Assembly: GCA_022843095.1 (NCBI GenBank)
Contig: JALHOH010000002.1
Location: forward strand, 466,881-498,880
Direction of reading: 5' to 3'
Origin: Candidatus Saccharimonadota bacterium
Lineage (GTDB): Bacteria; Patescibacteriota; Patescibacteriia; 2-12-FULL-60-25
DNA length: 32,000 bases
A program made the translations under genes and the position numbers. Shown piece after piece: positions 25,704-32,000 of the stretch (positions are counted from its first letter, which is position 1; every line of letters begins with the position of its first letter). The notes beneath the pieces were generated by a model. The model was not told the DNA's origin. It searched no databases and was given only the letters and a program-made list of their open reading frames with translations.

Positions 25704-26276
25704 TTAAAACGCGGGAGGGGGATCCTGCGGACGCACACGCAGATCTTTTGCGCGCAACGATCGATGGAGCGCGCGAACGATCGCAAACGCAAAAAGTCCC
25801 ACAAACACGCCGGCAATCACATCAGATGGATAATGAACGCCCGCCGCCACCCGACCAAACGCAACAAGCCCGGCAAGCAAAAACGCCGTCAATCCAAGGG
25901 ACGGGCTGCCATACGCAAGAGCAAAGGCTATCGCAAATGCCACAGACGCGTGCCCGGAAGGGAGCGAAAACTCGGACATGGGCGGCGGGACACGCAGTAT
26001 CACCTCTTCCGCAGCGGCACGAAACGGACGTGTCCGCTCGATCAAGAGTCCAAGGCCCATCGCCAACATAAACGCGAGCAATGCCGCCCATGCCGCCTCG
26101 TACGCGGCATGCATCAGCGCTTTATCGCGCTTGCGCCAACTGGTCAGTGCAGCAAGTGGAACAAATAAAAACACGGCCCAACGCGCACAAAATACCGAAA
26201 ACCAAACCCCCCAGGGTCCGCCAAACACGTCCTGGATTCCTTGCATGATCAGCACTTCTCCGCTCGCCATAATCAA
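25704..26276 (-). CDS. PAP2-family membrane phosphatase (undecaprenyl-diphosphatase-like)
   Basis: SLPSGHASVAFAIAFALA and GRVAAGVHYPSDVIAGVFVG match the PAP2 PSGH and SRxxxxxHxxxD motifs. It has multiple TM helices. Confidence 0.85.
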   Translation of the reverse strand: MIMASGEVLIMQGIQDVFGGPWGVWFSVFCARWAVFLFVPLAALTSWRKRDKALMHAAYEAAWAALLAFMLAMGLGLLIERTRPFRAAAEEVILRVPPPMSEFSLPSGHASVAFAIAFALAYGSPSLGLTAFLLAGLVAFGRVAAGVHYPSDVIAGVFVGLFAFAIVRALHRSLRAKDLRVRPQDPPPAF

Positions 26277-26306
26277 ACGATATCATGTCGCATCCTACAC
26301 ACGCCA

Positions 26307-27878
26307 TCACATGAGCGAGCTCCCCGTCATCTCGGGCGGCTGTGGAATCTCCAAGAGCTTGAGCACGGTGGGCGCGACATCCGCAAGCATTCCGACGGGC
26401 GGCGTCATCGAAAGATCCCCGCCCACCACATCCCCCGTCGGCGCCTTGATCCCCTCCAAGTGCTTCGCCACGATCAAAAACGGGACGGGATTGGTGGAAT
26501 GTTCTTTATCCATGTCGCCAGTCGCCAGATTTTTGACCTCCTCCGCGTTCCCGTGGTCTGCCGTGATCACCACCGCGCCTCCAACCGCAAGTGCCGCATC
26601 AGTAATCTGACCGATCGCCTTATCCACCGCTTCGCACGCGAGAATCGTTGCCGGTTCATTTCCGGTATGCCCCACCATATCCGGATTGGCAAAATTCAAG
26701 GCGATAAAATCGTACTGCCCAGCCGCAATTTCTTTGACCACGCGTTCTGCGATCTGTGGCGCGGACATCTCTGGTTGCTGGTCATAACTCGACACGCGCG
26801 GACTTGGGATAATCACGCGGTCTTCTCCGGGAAACTCCTGTTCCACCATCCCATTCAAGAAAAACGTAACGTGCGCATATTTTTCCGTTTCTGCGATATG
26901 CAACTGCCGCATCCCCGCATCTGACACCGCTTTCGCAAGACAGTTCTCGATCAGCTGCGGCGGGTAGGCGACCTCGACAGGCAAATCTTTTTCGTACTCC
27001 GTCATGGTCACAAACAACACATCGCGGATGTACGCTCGCGGAAACTTCTCAAAATTTGGCAGGACAAACGCCTTCGTCAGTTCGCGTGCGCGATCCGGAC
27101 GAAAGTTGAAGAAAAGGATCGCATCACCCGGCTTCACGGTCGCAATCGGCGCCCCCTGATCCGTGAGCACGGTCGGCGGAAATTGTTCATCATACACCTT
27201 CTCTGCATACGCCGCCTGAATCGCCTCGGTCGCCGAAGTCGCCATCGCTCCTTTGCCCAGCGCAATCGCCTCGTACGCCTGCTGGATCCGGTCCCAGCGG
27301 TTATCGCGATCCATCGCAAAATAGCGTCCGGCAAGCGTCGCGATACGACCCACCCCGATCTCCGCCATCTTTTTTTCCGTCTCTTGGATAAACCCAAGCC
27401 CAGAATCGTACTTCGCATCACGTCCGTCCAAAAACGCATGAACTGCGACAGTGGTCATGCGTTGTTCTTTACAAAAATCCAGTAACGCATGCAGGTGTTC
27501 CTGCGATGCATGCACCCCACCCGCCGACACGAGTCCCATCAGGTGGAGCGTTCCTCCTCGTTCTTTCGCATGGGTAATTGCCTGAAAAAGAACGGCGTTT
27601 TCAAAAAACGCACGCGTCTCAATCGCGAGGGTGATGCGCGGCAAACTTTGATAAAAAATACGTCCCGCGCCGATCGTCAGGTGACCGACCTCGGAGTTCC
27701 CCATCTCTCCCCACGAGAGCCCAACCGCGGCCCCATTCGCCTGAACCGTCATCGCCGGATAGGTCGAAACCAAATGCTTAAAATAGGGCATTTTCGCCTT
27801 TGCCACCGCATTTCCGTCCGCATCTGGGGCAAGGCCGAATCCATCGATGATCATCAATACTACGGGCTTTGGTCGCAT
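26307..27878 (-). CDS. gpmI: 2,3-bisphosphoglycerate-independent phosphoglycerate mutase
   Basis: VVLMIIDGFG, MGNSEVGHLTIGAGR (catalytic Ser), FLDGRD, NFANPDMVGHTG and ITADHGNAE are canonical iPGM blocks. Confidence 0.92.
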   Translation of the reverse strand: MRPKPVVLMIIDGFGLAPDADGNAVAKAKMPYFKHLVSTYPAMTVQANGAAVGLSWGEMGNSEVGHLTIGAGRIFYQSLPRITLAIETRAFFENAVLFQAITHAKERGGTLHLMGLVSAGGVHASQEHLHALLDFCKEQRMTTVAVHAFLDGRDAKYDSGLGFIQETEKKMAEIGVGRIATLAGRYFAMDRDNRWDRIQQAYEAIALGKGAMATSATEAIQAAYAEKVYDEQFPPTVLTDQGAPIATVKPGDAILFFNFRPDRARELTKAFVLPNFEKFPRAYIRDVLFVTMTEYEKDLPVEVAYPPQLIENCLAKAVSDAGMRQLHIAETEKYAHVTFFLNGMVEQEFPGEDRVIIPSPRVSSYDQQPEMSAPQIAERVVKEIAAGQYDFIALNFANPDMVGHTGNEPATILACEAVDKAIGQITDAALAVGGAVVITADHGNAEEVKNLATGDMDKEHSTNPVPFLIVAKHLEGIKAPTGDVVGGDLSMTPPVGMLADVAPTVLKLLEIPQPPEMTGSSLM

Positions 27879-27892
27879 AGCGTCCCCCTACC

Positions 27893-29452
27893 TTAGCGCA
27901 AGAGATTGCGTCCCGTCATCTGCTCGGGTTTTTGGACGCCGAGCAAGGCAAGAATCGTTGGCGCCACATCCGCCAATGTTCCACGCGTAAGACGGCGACC
28001 GCGCGCGACCGACCCCGCCACCAAAAATGGAACCGGGTGCGGATTGTGTTCCGTGTCGACCCCGCCGTGAATATTCCGCAATTGCTCGATATTTCCATGA
28101 TCTGATGTCAGGACAAGCGTGCCGTTCAATCGCTCCACCGCATGCCACAACTTCCCCAGACACCGATCTAGCGTCTCGCAGGCCTTCACTGACGCTTCAA
28201 AGGACCCGGAGTGCGCCACCATATCCGCATTCGCGAAATTGACCAACACAAAATCATGGTCACGCAATTCGGCAAGCGTCTTTTTGGTCAACACGTCTGC
28301 CGACATCTCGGGGCGTTCATCGTATTTCACGAGCGGCAAGGACGGGACACGAAAACGCTCTTCTCCAAATCGCGGACGGTCAAACCCTCCATTCAAAAAA
28401 TAGGTCACCTGCGAAAACTTCTCGGACTCGGCCCCATACGTCTGCCTCTGATAGCGCAACGCCTCGACCAACGTATTTTGAACCTGTCGATGCGGGAACG
28501 CCGGAATCGCATGATCCAAATCCGTCCCGAATTCCGTGAGCGTCACGACAAATAGGCGCTTTAATTGAACTGGTCGCAAAAAGGAGTCCGGTTCGCGCGT
28601 CTCAAAATCCGTCATGACAAACGGCTTCAAAAACTGACGCGCTCGATCGGACCGGAGATTAAAAAAGATCATCGCATCACGACTTTTTACACGACCAACG
28701 CATACGCCGTTTCGACACAGCACCGTCGGCAACACAAATTCATCGGATTCTCCGCGTGCATACGCCTCGGTCAACGCTTTTGCCGGATCATCCATCACAA
28801 CCCCTTCCCCTCCGGCAATCAACCGATACGCGAGCTCGGTGCGACGCCAAAATCGATTGCGATCCATCCCATAAAACCGCCCAATCAACGAGGCGATCGC
28901 AAACCGCTTGGGAAGGATACGCTGCACCTCTTCAAGCAACGGGAGTGCCTGAAACGGATGCGTATCCCGCCCATCGGTAAATAAATGCAGCGCGACGTGC
29001 GGCAAGCGTAATTCATCCGCAAAACGGATCAACGCTTTTAGGTGCTTCATGGACGCATGGCCACTGCGATGGTTGGTGAGCAAACCAACCAAGTGAAGCG
29101 TCGACTGCTCCCGCATGACATGGGCAGCAGCCTGAAGGAGTGCCGGGTTATCAAAAAATGAGCCGTCATCAATCGCGCGATTGATGCGCAGCAAATCCGA
29201 GGCGAGCGGTCGCCCTGCCCCGATCACCGCATGCCCCGCTTCGGAGTTTCCGACCTGCCCTTCCGGTAATCCGACCGCCTCTCCGTCAGCGCGCAATAGG
29301 GTATTTGGAAAGCGCTTTTCCAGGTGCTCCAACACGGGCATCCGCGCATGGGGAATGGGGTTATCTGGGGCAGGCGGACGAATGCCAAACCCATCCCAGA
29401 TCACGGCAAGCACCGGACCCTTGGAACGGCGTCGAGGCGGACGCGGAGGCAT
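27893..29452 (-). CDS. Second, divergent iPGM-family paralogue (alkaline-phosphatase superfamily phosphomutase)
   Basis: LAVIWDGFG, VGNSEAGHAVIGAGR, FTDGRD, NFANADMVAHSG and LTSDHGNIE retain the metal and Ser motifs. Start chosen at M19 (29452) because TATAGT lies 6 nt upstream. The ORF-track start at 29506 is the alternative. Confidence 0.8.
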   Translation of the reverse strand: MPPRPPRRRSKGPVLAVIWDGFGIRPPAPDNPIPHARMPVLEHLEKRFPNTLLRADGEAVGLPEGQVGNSEAGHAVIGAGRPLASDLLRINRAIDDGSFFDNPALLQAAAHVMREQSTLHLVGLLTNHRSGHASMKHLKALIRFADELRLPHVALHLFTDGRDTHPFQALPLLEEVQRILPKRFAIASLIGRFYGMDRNRFWRRTELAYRLIAGGEGVVMDDPAKALTEAYARGESDEFVLPTVLCRNGVCVGRVKSRDAMIFFNLRSDRARQFLKPFVMTDFETREPDSFLRPVQLKRLFVVTLTEFGTDLDHAIPAFPHRQVQNTLVEALRYQRQTYGAESEKFSQVTYFLNGGFDRPRFGEERFRVPSLPLVKYDERPEMSADVLTKKTLAELRDHDFVLVNFANADMVAHSGSFEASVKACETLDRCLGKLWHAVERLNGTLVLTSDHGNIEQLRNIHGGVDTEHNPHPVPFLVAGSVARGRRLTRGTLADVAPTILALLGVQKPEQMTGRNLLR

Positions 29453-29538
29453 ACTTGTACTATACCGCAGGACCGAAAGGGGCGGGAGTGCCTGAAAAAC
29501 GGGCATTTTTTAGGAAAAACCAAGTTCATTTTGACGGA

Positions 29539-29567
29539 TTGACAAAACCCCAGCTTTTTGCTAGGTT
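29539..29567 (+). promoter_or_regulatory. Candidate promoter TTGACA-N17-TAGGTT for the GC-rich cassette
   Basis: TTGACA at 29539-29544 and TAGGTT at 29562-29567. This implies a leader of about 100 nt before the GGAGG at 29664-29668 and the ATG at 29672. Confidence 0.35.
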
Positions 29568-29671
29568 TAGACGTTCCAAATGGCAGACCAAGGACAACGG
29601 GACCGGCCATAAGGTCGCGTTCTTCGACAATCAAACCAAATTTCGCCCCTTTTGTTGGGGCTGGAGGAATC

Positions 29672-30811
29672 ATGAAGCAAAGACCGAAAATTGGCGGGGG
29701 GAAAATCCAACCCCCTTCCGCCACTCCCCCGCCGCCGAGCAAGCCTGTCCCTCCTCCGAAGCCGGAGGAGTCGATGGACGAAAACGGCGACATGAGCGAG
29801 CTCTTGAAGCGCGCTCAGGACGCCGAACTCAGGTCCGAGGAGCTGGAGAACCGGCTCGAGGATCTGGAGAAAGAGAAGCGGCGCGCCGAAGAGGACGCCG
29901 CGCTGGCGCAGCGCAAGGCACAGGATCTCGAAGACGAGCTCAAGGGGTTGCGTGAGAACGCCGATCCTTCGAAGGAGCTCGCCGTTAAGGCAGCTCGTAT
30001 CGAGGAGCTCGAGCGGCTGCTCCGAAGCGCGAAGGACGAGATCAAGTCCGACGGCGACTCCCTCGAAAAGGCGCGGCAAAAAATCGCGACCCTCGGCACG
30101 GAGAAATCTGTGCTCGAGGGAGAGAAGAAGGCGCTGAAAGAAGAGAAAGAGGATCTTCTCAAAGTTCACGCTGAAACCCTGCTCGACAAACAGACGGAGT
30201 TCGAGCGCGCCCTCGCAGCCGTGAAGCTCGAGGTCACGAAGGTGACCGGCGAGCGCGATGCCGCGGTCACCGAAAAGGGCGCTGCCGTGGCGAAGGCGAA
30301 AGCCTCCGAAGCGGCGCGCACCGAGTTCGAGCGTCTCTACCAAGAGGCGCAGAAAGTGGCTGGCGATGCACCGAAGCGGATCGCGGACCTGGAGCAGAAG
30401 CTCAAGGACGCGGAAACCGCACGGGCAACGCTGGAACAAGAGCGTGACACCGCCACGAACCAAGCCGCCGCTGCAGAAGCGGCGCGCCTGGCGCTCGAAG
30501 GCGAGCGTGACGCCGCGCGACGCGAAGCAGCCGCAGAAACGCAGCGAGCGGACACGCTCGCCAAAGCGATGGCGGCGAACGCCAAGCAACTGGCCGATGC
30601 AGCCATCGCGGTCGCAGAGAACACAACTCTGCGCACAAACCTCGCGGCCTACCAGGCCAACGAGGAAGCGCTTCGCGCACAGCTGCAACGGGCGACAACG
30701 CCCGCGACAGCGCCTCAGACGACGGTCGTTCGCGGCGTGCCCGTGTGGCTCGCCTCCGTCATCGCCATCGCAGCACTTCTGCTCGGTGGCCTCATGGGTA
30801 TCTTCGCGTAA
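29672..30811 (+). CDS. Tail-anchored coiled-coil protein (Glu/Ala/Lys/Arg-rich, C-terminal TM helix)
   Basis: GGAGG lies 3 nt upstream of the ATG. About 300 aa have heptad-like composition (ELRSEELENRLEDLEKEKRRAEEDAALAQRKAQDLEDELKGLRE...). The C-terminus VPVWLASVIAIAALLLGGLMGIFA is a TM anchor. There is no signal peptide. Confidence 0.7.
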   Translation: MKQRPKIGGGKIQPPSATPPPPSKPVPPPKPEESMDENGDMSELLKRAQDAELRSEELENRLEDLEKEKRRAEEDAALAQRKAQDLEDELKGLRENADPSKELAVKAARIEELERLLRSAKDEIKSDGDSLEKARQKIATLGTEKSVLEGEKKALKEEKEDLLKVHAETLLDKQTEFERALAAVKLEVTKVTGERDAAVTEKGAAVAKAKASEAARTEFERLYQEAQKVAGDAPKRIADLEQKLKDAETARATLEQERDTATNQAAAAEAARLALEGERDAARREAAAETQRADTLAKAMAANAKQLADAAIAVAENTTLRTNLAAYQANEEALRAQLQRATTPATAPQTTVVRGVPVWLASVIAIAALLLGGLMGIFA

Positions 30812-30856
30812 CAATCACCTCTCACCTCGTCCACGAAGGACGAAGAAGGAAATGTC

Positions 30857-31606
30857 ATGACCATGCCTCCGCCTCCCTCGGGTCCCGGAATGCCTCCGGC
30901 GCCCCCTGCCCCGGGAACCCCGACCGCAGCGCCGACGCTGCCGGACGGAACCCCGGCTCCGCCCGTCGCGGCGGAGCTCGACCCCGCCAACCGGCCCCGC
31001 GCCGGTGGCGACCTGTCTCGCGACGACGCGGACGACGACGCGCCGAAGCCGTCGCCGTGGGGGCGCCGCCTCCGGATCCTGGGCATCCTGCTCGGGATCG
31101 CGATCCTCGGATTCCTGGTCTTCAAGGGAATCCAGTTCGCCAAGCGCAAGGTGCGCGGTGGCGAGCTCGCGAACAACGTCGCGCAGACCGCCCGGACGGA
31201 TGCGGGCGCGGCGGCGACGGACGCGAGTGCTGCGCCCCGTGGCAACACGCCGGCGCAGAACAGCGGCGCGAGCGCAACCACGCCCACGCCACAGACCCCT
31301 GCGGCGCAGCCCACTGCGCCGACGACGCCCGTCCCGCAGCCGACGCCGACCCCGGCCGCTGCGCAGGCAGCAATCCTGGGCCCGGTGACCGCCGGCCTCA
31401 CCTGCCACCAGGCAGGTGCGACGGTGACACCGGCGCTCCCCGACCCGGGGCGCGTCGACATCGCGCAGGTGCAAATCCTCCCGACGTTCGGGAACGATCT
31501 GCGGCGTGCAGGCTGGTCCTGCCGCTCGCAGGACGAGCTCATCCGCGTAGGCACGACCCCTCGCTGGGTCGACCTGCGCGGAAGCAACTGCTACTACTGC
31601 CGCTGA
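30857..31606 (+). CDS. Proline/alanine-rich bitopic membrane protein with a small C-terminal Cys-containing domain
   Basis: GAAGGA lies upstream of the ATG at 30857. TM helix LRILGILLGIAILGFLVF. There is a Pro-rich N-terminus and a TPxP-rich linker, and the protein ends ...GSNCYYCR. The frame was chosen over three overlapping Arg-rich alternative frames. Confidence 0.6.
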   Translation: MTMPPPPSGPGMPPAPPAPGTPTAAPTLPDGTPAPPVAAELDPANRPRAGGDLSRDDADDDAPKPSPWGRRLRILGILLGIAILGFLVFKGIQFAKRKVRGGELANNVAQTARTDAGAAATDASAAPRGNTPAQNSGASATTPTPQTPAAQPTAPTTPVPQPTPTPAAAQAAILGPVTAGLTCHQAGATVTPALPDPGRVDIAQVQILPTFGNDLRRAGWSCRSQDELIRVGTTPRWVDLRGSNCYYCR

Positions 31607-31626
31607 GCCCCGAAGGGCTCGCAGCA

Positions 31627-31663
31627 CCCCCCGCAACATACGTGTCGCGGGGGTTTTTGTTTT
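31627..31663 (+). terminator. Rho-independent terminator after the cassette
   Basis: CCCCCCGC...GCGGGGG stem (31627-31653) followed by TTTTTGTTTT. Confidence 0.75.
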
Positions 31664-31718
31664 CCTCTTGCCTCCTCGGGCTTTTTCCTGCTACATTCCT
31701 GTCGCTTCTGAGAGACAT

Positions 31719-31791
31719 CGAGCTATCACACAGTTGGTAGCGCGTATCGTGAGGGAGTTGAACCGAGCATGAGCAGGTTCAACGAGGCCGT
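31719..31791 (+). pseudogene. Decayed tRNA-Pro-like copy interrupted by a 27-nt hairpin
   Basis: CGAGCTATCACACAGTTGGTAGCGCGTATCGTGAGGGA aligns with positions 1-38 of the downstream tRNA-Pro (CGGGCTATAGCGCAGTTGGTAGCGCGCTTCGTTCGGGA). GAGGCCGT is shared after the insert. No D-stem, anticodon-stem, T-arm or acceptor pairing remains. Confidence 0.4.
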
Positions 31792-31815
31792 AAACACAGA
31801 AGCACCATTTTCAAT

Positions 31816-31891
<76 letters not shown>

Positions 31892-31898
31892 TCAAAAT

Positions 31899-31924
31899 AC
31901 CGGCTCCAGGCCGGTGTTTTGTTT
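31899..31924 (+). terminator. Rho-independent terminator after tRNA-Pro
   Basis: ACCGGC-TCCAG-GCCGGT followed by GTTTTGTTT. Confidence 0.7.
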
Positions 31925-32000
31925 GTCGGATACGGGATCGCGAGCACCCATGGACTCCTCGCCGAACAGGCGCGCGACCAACAGAGAAGGCGCTTCGTGA

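Noticed and set aside
29567-30814. A 415-aa ORF antisense to almost the whole coiled-coil gene
   Set aside because: The product is dominated by Arg, Leu, Cys and Gly, with no TM segment, motif or ribosome-binding site. Long antisense ORFs are expected opposite GC-rich GAG/GCG/CGC/AAG-rich coiled-coil genes. The plus-strand frame has a GGAGG Shine-Dalgarno, coherent heptad composition and a C-terminal TM helix.
30715-31740. Three further overlapping ORFs in the GC-rich region (30715..31587 -, 30745..31740 +, 30815..31639 -)
   Set aside because: These are Arg/Gly/Ala-rich low-complexity translations typical of off-frame reading of high-GC DNA. Only the 30857..31606 frame has a ribosome-binding site, a clean TM helix and a sensible domain layout.

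Overview
The window holds about 30 protein genes, nearly all on the minus strand, and one intact tRNA. By my reading the gene content resembles a reduced Patescibacteria/CPR-like bacterium; this is inference from families such as DUF4012, a short TsaB, a C39-like peptidase, a GerMN/Gmad2 secreted protein, CapA and an archaeal-type UMP kinase.

Layout, left to right:
- 1-755: a TrmB-type regulator truncated by the window edge and absent from the ORF track.
- 762-7658: an envelope glycan cluster (GT4, mreB, DUF4012, GT2, membrane GT2 with a QxxRW motif).
- 7668-11829: tsaB-like gene, a wHTH protein, and two membrane proteins of unknown function.
- 11873-12985: rplL and rplJ with a leader/attenuator.
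- 12986-19607: pyrH-like, DUF360, xseB, xseA, capA-like, GerMN protein, C39-like peptidase, cyclophilin lipoprotein.
- 19615-20622: a degenerate MetK-like protein.
- 20623-21428: an 806-bp non-coding gap.
- 21429-29506: UvrD/PcrA helicase, a GC-rich orphan gene, mltG, a PAP2 phosphatase, two tandem iPGM paralogs.
- 29672-31606: a GC-rich plus-strand two-gene cassette (tail-anchored coiled-coil protein plus proline-rich membrane protein).
- 31719-31891: a decayed tRNA-like copy followed by tRNA-Pro(CGG).

Most interesting signals:
- The 20.85-21.43 kb gap has three ~66-bp-period degenerate repeats. It also has a cluster of hairpins whose loops are GNRA/UUCG only in the minus sense, and a very strong minus-strand intrinsic terminator with no CDS upstream. 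I read this as an unclassified structured RNA.
- The adjacent MetK-like gene keeps the fold motifs but appears to lack the catalytic motifs.
- Two GC-rich insertions differ from the native genes: one has its own promoter and terminator, the other a long leader with a GGAGG Shine-Dalgarno.
- Many native genes instead carry a -10-like hexamer 6-8 nt upstream of the ATG, the known signature of leaderless mRNAs.

No CRISPR array, transposase, integrase or recognisable defence genes were seen. All functional calls rest on motif recognition by eye. No database search was run.
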